This document shows positions 19,975-29,233 of a stretch of 64,000 nt of DNA, piece after piece (position 1 is the stretch's first letter; each line of letters opens with the position of its first letter). Made by a program: the position numbers and the translations under genes. The DNA lies in IMG/VR virus record IMGVR_UViG_3300038451_000147, positions 32,001-96,000 of that record; one strand, given 5' to 3'. The notes beneath the pieces are model-generated. The model did not search any database. It was not told the origin of the DNA and saw only the letters and a list, made by a program, of their open reading frames with translations. This stretch comes from a virus.

Positions 19975-22038
19975 ATGGCTCCGCCTTTCACACCTGTAAC
20001 TGTAACAGATTCTACAACAGGAGTAGATACCATCGGCCCTTTACAACGAAATTTGATAGCGACTTGGACAACGCCTCAAACAACCACAAGCGGAACTACC
20101 ACAGACCTCTGCAATCAGCCAAAGACATTCGTTGGCAACGATGGCTACTACTACGCCTTCTATGCAGACGACATGGACGAGATAAGTTACTCCTACACCA
20201 CCGATGGAACCATTTGGACAGAGGTTCAAAATATATTCGGTAGCAAGGACACATCAGATGCCGCAGATTTCGTGGTCTGGTATGACGATGCAAGTGACAA
20301 AGTGGCAATCGCACGAATCTCGGAAGGTGACTTCACAGCCTTCTATTGGAGCATTGGCACACCATACCAAGGAGCCATAACTTGGGACTATTTTGATGAG
20401 ACGAAGATGGTGCTTTACCAATCCTACATAGAGTTTCCTAGCGTCTACATAGGCTCCAACCACGATTCCACTGGCACATATCTCTGGGTATCTGTGACAA
20501 CTGAAGACAATTCCAACAACTACTACAATGAGGTCTGGCGATACACCTACAGCGACATTTCACCTAGTTGGACTGAGATTCTGGTTACCCCAACCGACTT
20601 TTCCAGCCACGCCCTTACAGTAATCGTGGGAACTCCAACAAGCCATGATTTGGTTTTGTTCAGAGGCGGATTCACTGCATGGAGCGATGTAGTGACATTC
20701 TACTCCTCAATAAACGATGGAACATCATTTACTGCTGGCTCTCCAACATCCGGCACTTACACTCTTGAATGGAGTGGATACACGGTCTATGACGACACAG
20801 TGTATATCTCAGCAGTAGGCCCGACTGGAGAAGGCGGTGGTAGCCTATCCTTGGTAGCATATAACGCGAATACAGATTCGGTAACTGAAAACAATCTCAT
20901 ACCTACCTTCCCCATACTTTGGAGCATGGTATTCGATGGCGGAGCAACCATCTCAGTAAATCTGTATGGTTTCACCATCCTATGTGCAGGCTCAGATGAG
21001 ACCATTTCAATCACCCAAAGTCAGCCTTGGTATGAGTTCAATCCTGCCCTAATGACATGGATGGCCCCAACAACACTGTGGACAGGAAGCGAAGTCGCGC
21101 CCCAATATCCTCAGATATACTACAAGGAAGTGCCGGGTAGCCCACTATCAGCAGTAGCAGAATGGACGACCTTCGCTCCCACAAACACATGGGCCACTAT
21201 CCTGTATCCGTCAATGCTCATAGGTGGAGTCATTGGTATATTAGATACTACAAGTGATATGGAATTTATTAGTCACTACAACGCTTCCTTCTATGTATCT
21301 GATAGCGCGATTGCGATTGAGTCTCTCGGCCATCTCATTCATGAAGGAGATGCGGCTCTTGCATTAGAGTATCTCGGCTTGCTAACCAAACGTGGTATAC
21401 TAGATAGCACAACAGACATTGAATCTATCATTGTAAACATTAGCACTCTCCACAAGACCATACAGGATTACGCTTACGCAGTTGATTGGGCAGTAGGTGG
21501 AAATCTTGTAGGTCTTTTCGACATGGCCTACGCAGAAGACAAGATTTCGGTGCAAAAGTTCTGCACATACAGTCCCATCTCTGGAGCCATCCCTCTAACA
21601 GCTATGGACACCGATTACATAGCCCTTACCTACCGCCAGATGATAGACATGACTGGAATCCCCATCACCTACAGGACTCAGCATATAGTTGGCCACGATG
21701 CCTATGAGCACCCCATAATCAAATACACCGATTCCATACTCACCGCCTTCATCACCATCTTCACCAACGTAGAATACGAGTATGTTGAAGAGGGCTTCCT
21801 GCCTAACCACTACGCCAGTATGTGGATATACTGTGTAGCCCCACAGGTAGGAGACCATGTAGTGTGGCAAAGCATAGAGTGGGAAGTAAGGAACTCCATA
21901 CCGAAGGTCATCGGCAACAAGACCGTCTACTATCAGACCATCCTCAGAAGGGTGCTTGCGAATGTACCGCCAGCCGCACCTGACCCGAATACACTTAATA
22001 GTGGCGGAGTAGCAAGTCTCCCCACAGGCGACCCGTAG
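19975..22038 (+). CDS. Head-closure (stopper) protein fused to a large N-terminal propeller-like domain
   Basis: C-terminal ~120 aa GIPITYR..DAYEHP...PQVGDHVVWQSIEWEV...YYQTILRR resemble SPP1 gp16-type stoppers. Confidence 0.6.
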   Translation: MAPPFTPVTVTDSTTGVDTIGPLQRNLIATWTTPQTTTSGTTTDLCNQPKTFVGNDGYYYAFYADDMDEISYSYTTDGTIWTEVQNIFGSKDTSDAADFVVWYDDASDKVAIARISEGDFTAFYWSIGTPYQGAITWDYFDETKMVLYQSYIEFPSVYIGSNHDSTGTYLWVSVTTEDNSNNYYNEVWRYTYSDISPSWTEILVTPTDFSSHALTVIVGTPTSHDLVLFRGGFTAWSDVVTFYSSINDGTSFTAGSPTSGTYTLEWSGYTVYDDTVYISAVGPTGEGGGSLSLVAYNANTDSVTENNLIPTFPILWSMVFDGGATISVNLYGFTILCAGSDETISITQSQPWYEFNPALMTWMAPTTLWTGSEVAPQYPQIYYKEVPGSPLSAVAEWTTFAPTNTWATILYPSMLIGGVIGILDTTSDMEFISHYNASFYVSDSAIAIESLGHLIHEGDAALALEYLGLLTKRGILDSTTDIESIIVNISTLHKTIQDYAYAVDWAVGGNLVGLFDMAYAEDKISVQKFCTYSPISGAIPLTAMDTDYIALTYRQMIDMTGIPITYRTQHIVGHDAYEHPIIKYTDSILTAFITIFTNVEYEYVEEGFLPNHYASMWIYCVAPQVGDHVVWQSIEWEVRNSIPKVIGNKTVYYQTILRRVLANVPPAAPDPNTLNSGGVASLPTGDP

Positions 22039-22506
22039 ATGGTAATCATAAGTCAACCGCCAAACGGGGTAGACCCCATCCTTTTCCTACAGGGCTTGCT
22101 AGTAGGTCAAATCAGAGACGACTCAGGAACTATCGTGCGAATAACGGTAGTCTATCCGAAAGAGATACAAGGGATAACCATGCCTCTGATAATAATCAAC
22201 CAGAAGCCAGAAGAGATGAGATTCATCAGCATCCCCGCCTTGAGACGCAGATGGACTACGCCTTTCACCCTTGAGATTTGGGCCAAAAGCGTGGAGCAGA
22301 GATACGCCATAAAAGAGAGCCTGATGGCTAGACTGGATGCCATCACTGGCCCTGCAAACCAACTCGCAGATAACTATGTGTATATGTGGTTCAAGGTCAA
22401 CGAGCCGAAAGACCAACAGAAGAAGTTCGGACAGCCCATATTCACAATCGGATTCCAAGTCACACTGGTCTACGACACCCTCACAGCACAAGTGCCACCG
22501 TTATGA
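22039..22506 (+). CDS. Tail terminator protein
   Basis: MPLIII...FTLEIWAKSVEQRYAI pattern; third gene of the neck triad. Confidence 0.65.
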   Translation: MVIISQPPNGVDPILFLQGLLVGQIRDDSGTIVRITVVYPKEIQGITMPLIIINQKPEEMRFISIPALRRRWTTPFTLEIWAKSVEQRYAIKESLMARLDAITGPANQLADNYVYMWFKVNEPKDQQKKFGQPIFTIGFQVTLVYDTLTAQVPPL

Positions 22507-23337
22507 TAACAAGAGAGAACTTAGGTAGCAGAAGTAACGAACAGGTCGTCAATGTCGGTGCTCTGTTCTATCCAGCCTTCTAGCCTTTTAGTAGATTGAC
22601 ATCCTCTACTGAAAGCAGTGCTTCAGAAAGTTTATCGAAGAAGGGACTTTGCACCAGTTCACCCATCAGACTATACTTGTCGGCCAGTTCAGCAACAAGG
22701 GTCAGAACGTCTTGGTCTTCCACAATCTCTGCCCCACAGTAGATGGCGATGGGAGCCTTGGTCTCCTTACAGAAGATGAAGGTGTAGTCTAAGACACGCG
22801 CAACGTGCTTGGTGTGTTTGCAGTTGGTAGAAGTGTGGTCGCCCTCAAAGAGTAGAACATATTTCCCGTCACTAGCCTTGGCCCCTGTTAGAAGCATCTT
22901 AATCCTTATAAGGAAGAAGCCTTTATTAAGCATTGCGACCAACACGCTTAAATAAGCCGAGTTAGATAGGGTGGAGCAATGGTGTATTCCAAGAAAATGG
23001 ACGAAATCTACGGGGAGACGATGTATCCAAAGTCACTGCCAACAGTCGCCTTTTCAATCACACCCACCCTCAAGGAAGTCGTTACGAGCAGAGGAATTGT
23101 AACGGAAGGGGTAAAGAGGATGGGCATCAAAATCAAAGGCACTCACTTCAAGTTGGACACCCCTATCGGGAAACTAGGAATCAAGGAGATTTCAGTTATC
23201 CATGCGAGAGACGATGGTGACTTCACCAACATCTACACGCATAGGTATTCCGTCCTAGCCATTCCCCTTCCCAAACAGCCCCGTAAGAAGTAACTAGGGA
23301 CAACCTTAAATAGTCCCTTCCCCTTTATTAATTCAGT

Positions 23338-24096
23338 ATGCCATTCGCAGACTACAAGGACTTTACCGACTGTGTGTCTAAGAACAAGTCAAAAGACGAC
23401 CCGTCAGCCTACTGTGGCTATATAAAACACCAAGTTGAGGGTGGCAAGAAGAAAGAAGAAATCATGGATTTCCCAGAGCACCAACTCTTCCATCTCGAAG
23501 AGGCAGAGAGGTCGCTTAACACAGGGCCAAGCGGAAAGAAACTTCCCTATCCCTGTCAGTATTGCACACAACAGTATCCAAGTTATTACGCTCTCTCCGA
23601 ACACATGGGTATAGACCATCCAGACAAGTTCCAACATCAAGAAGAGTCTCATGGTGGAGACCGCCAGACCAGACTACCAAAAGGAGTTCAACACACTATA
23701 AAGAGGATGGGTGGGCCTGAATCGTGGAATCCAGAAGGAATAGAGAAGGAGACTGAGAATATCAAAGAGGCTACTGCTTTCCTCAACACACTGAAGGCAA
23801 CGATTGATGAGGTCACGCTCATAGCAAAGGATACTGGTTACATGGGTGTCTCTAATAAGGTAAGTCCTACAGCACCCACCTACAGTTTCCCCGTCTCAGG
23901 AGACCTTGTAGATACCGTAGTCCATGAGGTAAAGGGCTTTGACGTTCAGACCAACTTCTACAACCAGACTATGGCTGAACTCAAAGACATCGTAAAGGAT
24001 GCCGACAAGTTCTTCATAGACGCTGGCTGGAACTCCAAGGAAACCGTCAAGGAGTATGCGAAGCACATAAAGAAGAACGGAAAGGATTTCGATTAG
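23338..24096 (+). CDS. Mosaic protein with PFADYKDF..C...YCG motif and C2H2 zinc finger
   Basis: YPCQYCTQQYPSYYALSEHMGIDH; strong TATA AACCTTAAATAG upstream. Confidence 0.6.
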   Translation: MPFADYKDFTDCVSKNKSKDDPSAYCGYIKHQVEGGKKKEEIMDFPEHQLFHLEEAERSLNTGPSGKKLPYPCQYCTQQYPSYYALSEHMGIDHPDKFQHQEESHGGDRQTRLPKGVQHTIKRMGGPESWNPEGIEKETENIKEATAFLNTLKATIDEVTLIAKDTGYMGVSNKVSPTAPTYSFPVSGDLVDTVVHEVKGFDVQTNFYNQTMAELKDIVKDADKFFIDAGWNSKETVKEYAKHIKKNGKDFD

Positions 24097-24137
24097 AAGT
24101 CAGCCTTATATAGCCCCACTACTCTAATTACTACAGT

Positions 24138-26153
24138 ATGGCCAAACCAGAGGCTTACGGTAAGACATCGCCCGTCTCCACCTGCCCCATTTGTCATGAC
24201 TTCATGCTACCCGAAGAGTATGACAAGCACGTTATGACCGAGCATACCAAAGACCAACGAGAGCGACACGGAGTCAAAGTTGAGGAGAAACCGGGGCCAA
24301 AAGGCCACTTCTACGGAGATGTCTGGTCTAAATATGACGAGCAACAGCCCTACCAATTCACTCAAACCGAGTTTGATGCCATCACTAAAGATGCGTGGGA
24401 AGCAGATTGTGAGCAATGTCGAAGCATAATCGAGAACACAGAGATGGACGGCTCTGAATATGCCATCCATCCGACCTCAGAACAGAAGGCGCACATGACC
24501 GACCTCTTTGGCTATTCGGCAGAACGCGCTCAAAAGCCAACGGGCTATCTAGACCCTGAAGACCCACAATGGCAAAAGTCCGTTGAGCACATTCAAGAGA
24601 GACAAAAGAAGCCGGGTAACATAGGAACCTTCGGGCCACAATCCGGTATGCGGAGAGGAGAGCCGACTAGAGACGAGTGGCAAATCGCCAGTTATCTAGA
24701 CTCGATTGGACTGGAATACATTCACAAGATGAAACTCGGAGAGATAGACCCTACAGTTGGGAAGCCAAAGGTAGAATATGACTTCTTCATTCCATCGCTT
24801 CTGATAGCCATCGAGACCAGTCCGAGCTGGCATGAAGGTGGGCCTAGTGAACTCGCAAGGGTAGCCGAGAACGACAAGTTCAAAAGGAAGTTCGCCAAAG
24901 AGAACGGGATAGAACTCTTCGTCTACGACCCCGATGAGAAGTTCGGCAGTGCGGAGTTCATAAACACGGTCTTGGCTCCTGAACTGAGGACGCATGGTGT
25001 GGATGCCCCAGATGTGCCAGCAGGAGAAATTCCGGCTCCATCTGAGAAAGATGAAGACCTTTCGATAGAAGGGCGAACCTATGGCGACCCACGCTTCAAC
25101 GAGTGGGACACCCCGTTCATCTACAGAGAAGAAGAGGAAGATAAGAGACCAGAAAGTTGGGGAAGAGTCAAGCACAGCACTTGTGTTTGTCATGACCCAC
25201 CGAATAACAAGACTTCTTTTTGTGATGAATGTGATATGCACCATCATGATAACGATTGGATGGAAGACCATCTAGAGATACAAAGTATGCGAGAGGTTGA
25301 AGCGGATTTTGGTAAAAGAGATGAACAGAAGGGAGTAGGTTACGATTGGAACTACAACACCAAGTATCGAGAGAAACCCATTCTTGAAGAAGAAGGTGAG
25401 CCAGTCGGAGACAGTTGGAAAGTCAAAGGAAAGCACAACATATGTAAGAAGTGCGGCAAAGAAACGGAACTATGTGACATCTGCAACTATCATCACCATT
25501 TGGACAACTTTGCAGGTGAGCATGAGAAGTTCCAGATGATTGTCAACTCTGGTGGTTTTGACTGGAACAAACTGCCGCCCCAACTGCAAACCTTTGAGAG
25601 CAAGTATGGAACCGCCTTCCCTTGCCCTATGGACATAGACCCTGAAGACATGGGAACCTTCCAAAAGGAAGAGCAAACTGATGTTCCAAAAGGCGTGGTT
25701 CCACCTGAAGGATATGCAAGACAGACTACAGAAGAAGCGGCTTTGGGCGTGCTAGACCATCTGATAAAGGGTGGAGTGGAGAGTTTCGATTCGTGGGACG
25801 AAGTGATAGAGCACCTTCAGTTCTTGGTGGATACTGGTTACATCGCCAACTTCCAACCGCCCAACATCTCTGAAGAGGAGTTTGAGGTATGGAAGCCTCT
25901 CATACAAGGTATGATGAGACAGCAGACAAGATGGCCCGACCTCAAAGAGCAATCTGGGATACCCCAAAACATCCCCACTGGCGCATATACCCGACTGGAA
26001 CCCTTGACCCAAGACCAGTCTCAGAACTTTCCTAGATTCCCAGAGCGTGGGAAGGTCAACACCATAGAACAGCAGAGTGGTGGAGAAGAGTTAGAGGCCC
26101 AGAACATCCTCAAACTAGAGGAAGAGATTAAGAAACTGGAATCCCAAGTTTAG
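24138..26153 (+). CDS. Mosaic acidic protein with zinc-binding modules and a DUF559/Vsr-like nuclease domain
   Basis: CPICH..HVMTEH; YDFFIPSLLIAIE..WH..NDKFKRKFAKENGIELF; two CD.C..HHH modules. Confidence 0.6.
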   Translation: MAKPEAYGKTSPVSTCPICHDFMLPEEYDKHVMTEHTKDQRERHGVKVEEKPGPKGHFYGDVWSKYDEQQPYQFTQTEFDAITKDAWEADCEQCRSIIENTEMDGSEYAIHPTSEQKAHMTDLFGYSAERAQKPTGYLDPEDPQWQKSVEHIQERQKKPGNIGTFGPQSGMRRGEPTRDEWQIASYLDSIGLEYIHKMKLGEIDPTVGKPKVEYDFFIPSLLIAIETSPSWHEGGPSELARVAENDKFKRKFAKENGIELFVYDPDEKFGSAEFINTVLAPELRTHGVDAPDVPAGEIPAPSEKDEDLSIEGRTYGDPRFNEWDTPFIYREEEEDKRPESWGRVKHSTCVCHDPPNNKTSFCDECDMHHHDNDWMEDHLEIQSMREVEADFGKRDEQKGVGYDWNYNTKYREKPILEEEGEPVGDSWKVKGKHNICKKCGKETELCDICNYHHHLDNFAGEHEKFQMIVNSGGFDWNKLPPQLQTFESKYGTAFPCPMDIDPEDMGTFQKEEQTDVPKGVVPPEGYARQTTEEAALGVLDHLIKGGVESFDSWDEVIEHLQFLVDTGYIANFQPPNISEEEFEVWKPLIQGMMRQQTRWPDLKEQSGIPQNIPTGAYTRLEPLTQDQSQNFPRFPERGKVNTIEQQSGGEELEAQNILKLEEEIKKLESQV

Positions 26154-26196
26154 CCTTGAGAGCCGTCATGTGCCAACATTTTTGGTTATTGAACCA

Positions 26197-26667
26197 TTAT
26201 TTCCATTTGATAACAAAGGGCAATGGCCCAAACTTCAACTCAAGATAATGCCTAGCATTACAAGGTCTGCAAGTTACTTCCAAATCTTCTATTGACCTCT
26301 CGCCAGAGAGGATTTTTTTGTAAAAGGTCGTAGTTTTACTGCTACCATTATGCTTGTGTTTGTAATCAGTCTTATTTCCGCCACCCTTCTTATGATTAAC
26401 CTCAAGCAATCGAATATCATCGCATCCACAATAGACACATTTTGGAACTTCAAAACCAGATACCTTCTGAAAGACCTTCAGACGATGCTCAAGATACCAC
26501 TTATGAAGACGTTCAGCATATCCTGTTTTTTCTCGCCAACTTTTGTTCTTTCTGTTCATCTCATCTCTATGCACTTCACGATAGTTTCTGTCATACTTAC
26601 ATTGGCAATCTTTACATCGGCTTTGTCTTGGAGCGTCTATCTCTTTTCCACAAGAACAATGAGGCAT
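26197..26667 (-). CDS. HNH-like (His-Me finger) endonuclease
   Basis: CVYCGCDDIRLLEVNHKKGGG...LEVTCRPCN. Confidence 0.7.
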   Translation of the reverse strand: MPHCSCGKEIDAPRQSRCKDCQCKYDRNYREVHRDEMNRKNKSWREKTGYAERLHKWYLEHRLKVFQKVSGFEVPKCVYCGCDDIRLLEVNHKKGGGNKTDYKHKHNGSSKTTTFYKKILSGERSIEDLEVTCRPCNARHYLELKFGPLPFVIKWK

Positions 26668-26693
26668 ACTTCCTTATTAGAGGATTGTGGTAT

Positions 26694-26924
26694 TTAACTC
26701 TTGTGACTGCTAACATCATTCACATACGCAAGAAGAAGAGTCATATGACGACAATGCCTATGAACCCAAAAACCCAGACAGTCGCACGACCCCACATTCG
26801 CTTCTCTACTGTAGAAGAGGTTGTGTGGTAGGTCTTCGGGATGAGACTTGGATTTGACTGTAGCGAACACTAAACCACCTTCATCTTGCAATATAGTTAC
26901 TTCAGACATTTCTCTTTCTCCCAT
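26694..26924 (-). CDS. SWIM zinc-finger protein
   Basis: GSCDCLGFWVHRHCRHM (CxC..CxH). Confidence 0.75.
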   Translation of the reverse strand: MGEREMSEVTILQDEGGLVFATVKSKSHPEDLPHNLFYSREANVGSCDCLGFWVHRHCRHMTLLLAYVNDVSSHKS

Positions 26925-27432
26925 AATATTCTTGAAGCAAAGGTTCTACAATGCTTCTAATGTTACTCCAACGCCTACCCACTTTAACTTCATAAGCGAC
27001 TTGGCAATTCATACAACAGGTTTCCAAATCGTCTGTCTTCCTCTTTCCAGATACTATCATTCTATAAAGGTCGTTGCCTTCTAGTTTTAGAGCCTTTCTT
27101 TCAGAATTGCCGCCCCCGTTCTTATGGTTGATAGATAAAATCAAAGGATTTGCTTCACCACAATACACACACTTTGTCCCAACAATTCTCAACGCCTTGC
27201 TTTTTACTCTCCAATTATAATTGCCAGCATATTCGGGATGCTCTCGAAGATAATGTCTATGATAGCCTTCGTAAGACAAACCCTTTATCTGTCGCTTTCT
27301 TGCTGTCTCAATTGAGCATTTTTTACATTGTGTGCGATACCAAAATTTGCCAGTCTTTGTGTTCCTATTAACATAGAACTCAGAAAGAGGTCGCTCTACT
27401 CCACATTTAGTGCAAACCTTAGAAGTTATCAC
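26902..27432 (-). CDS. HNH-like endonuclease with N-terminal zinc finger
   Basis: KVCTKCGVERPLSEFY...CKKC; CVYCGE..LSINHKNGGG...LETCCMNCQ. Confidence 0.7.
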   Translation of the reverse strand: MITSKVCTKCGVERPLSEFYVNRNTKTGKFWYRTQCKKCSIETARKRQIKGLSYEGYHRHYLREHPEYAGNYNWRVKSKALRIVGTKCVYCGEANPLILSINHKNGGGNSERKALKLEGNDLYRMIVSGKRKTDDLETCCMNCQVAYEVKVGRRWSNIRSIVEPLLQEYYGRKRNV

Positions 27433-28035
27433 AGTAGCATTATAGCATTTCTACTATAAAAACATTTTGGTAGAAATCCTGTAGAACCTCTACCTCATTT
27501 GGACTTTGGTTGCTCTGGATAGCCAAGTTGCTTCCGCCTCTTCTCCCTCTCTTCCTTCGTGTCGTAAGGAAGTATTGTTCCCGACTCGAAGCCTATCTCA
27601 TTCTGCATTATGGCGGGAGCGTTGGTGACTGGCTCGATGCTTCCCAAGCCGCTTCCTGTTGAGTAGATGACGCATTCTGGTCTCATATGTGCCAAATCGT
27701 CCTCTTCAGTCAGGATAGTGACATGATGAGTTGTGCAGACTCTTTCTATTCCCATGCTACCACTTACTGGCTCTCTGCCCTATATAAAGATTCGTTGAAA
27801 CCTTTGACCAATGCTTCAAGTCTTCTCTTGCCTACCCTCTGATAATCAGTCTCTAAATCTTCAAGTGCTCTCGTCACTTCAAGAATGGTGTAGTTTATAG
27901 CTTTGTGCGCCCAAAACTCGCACTCGGATTCAGGAACGGGTTTGCTTAGATTGTCTGTCTCTGTCATCCCATTGATTGAATCCAAGTAATCCATATAGGC
28001 TTGATTGCTTGCATCAAGACACTTCTGGCAGAAGT

Positions 28036-28272
28036 TCATTGCTTCATCCCTCTGAATACTGCTACAATCCACCAGACGGCGGCTTGAAGCATCAACGTGG
28101 CTGTAGTTATGAGGAGTCCTTCTTCGTAGAAACATGGAACCATGAACGTGAGCAAGGCCGAACACGGAATCGAAGTCTTTCGTGGAACTTGGGCGTTCTT
28201 ATTCCATGCAGTAGGCATCGTAGTAAGTGCTAATCCGAATGACGCTATTGCTATCAGTAAATCCCATATCAA
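28036..28272 (-). CDS. Small three-TM protein, PQ-loop/SemiSWEET-like
   Basis: TTG start overlapping the upstream TGA; three hydrophobic helices with a proline after TM1. Confidence 0.4.
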   Translation of the reverse strand: MIWDLLIAIASFGLALTTMPTAWNKNAQVPRKTSIPCSALLTFMVPCFYEEGLLITTATLMLQAAVWWIVAVFRGMKQ

Positions 28273-28522
28273 AGAGACCCCACCCTCTCGATACCGCCAA
28301 AGTCTTGCATTAGAAGGTAAGTGCCTTCTGGTGTAAGTGGCCACGCCTTTGATTCGTAGACAAGTTTGTATGAGTCTTGGTCTGGGTCGTAGACAACACC
28401 AACAAGTTTCGCGTCAGAAGGGAGATGGGACTTAATCCTGTAAACCCCATTCAACTTGAACATCTCTTGCATTCCTTCCCTAGTCACCAAAAGGAACTTC
28501 TTGCCAGTCATGGGTTGAGGCA

Positions 28523-29233
28523 TCATTCTTCCTCACCCTCTTCCTCTTTCTCTGGCATCTTGGTCTCGAAGTCTTCGATGGTAAGAGGCTCCTTTGTCTC
28601 ATACTTGCAGATGTCTTCCATCTTCATCTCCTCTAGCCAGCCACTATGGAGTAGGATAGACCGGGCCAGAAGGTAGTAAACGGTGGCGATGGCCTTGGCT
28701 CCCACGTTGTTAGCCGGAATAGCGATATCCACATCCTCAAAGGTGGCGTTGGTGTTGCAGATGGCTATGACAGGGATGCCTATGCTAGAGGCTTCATACA
28801 TGGCTCGTCTGTCTCCTCTCATGGCTTCCCCTATCTTCTGTGGGACTCCATTAGTAGGGTCTGAGACCACCAGACAGTCAGCATCCACATAACTCTTGAT
28901 TTGAGAGTTGGTGAGGCTTCCCGCAACGAGACGGTGCATAACTATTGGGATGAGGGTAGCGGCATTGAAAGACTTGAGGGCATTGTCGAATCTGGGGTCT
29001 GTAGCATAGAACAAGGGTCTCATTGCAGGGTCTTGTCCATGTCGGCTTATGTGTTTGCCCACCACATCCAGTTTGTTCAGAATGGCGTTGATGTCCATCA
29101 ATGGATTGCCAGCCGGAGAAACCTCAGAGACATAGATGGCCATGTCTTTGGTGACACCGCCCTTTACCCCGATGTGGATGCCAGTGGCTCTGAGAGCGTC
29201 CTCTGTCAGCATCTTGGGAAGGATGAGACTCAT
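28523..29233 (-). CDS. rps2: Ribosomal protein uS2 (archaeal-type), diverged
   Basis: TGIHIG...TKDM..Y, GSLTN, LVVSDP, GIPVIAICNTN..DIAIPANN.G.KAIATVYYLLAR, IEDFETK; ATGA overlaps with both neighbours. Confidence 0.9.
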   Translation of the reverse strand: MSLILPKMLTEDALRATGIHIGVKGGVTKDMAIYVSEVSPAGNPLMDINAILNKLDVVGKHISRHGQDPAMRPLFYATDPRFDNALKSFNAATLIPIVMHRLVAGSLTNSQIKSYVDADCLVVSDPTNGVPQKIGEAMRGDRRAMYEASSIGIPVIAICNTNATFEDVDIAIPANNVGAKAIATVYYLLARSILLHSGWLEEMKMEDICKYETKEPLTIEDFETKMPEKEEEGEEE

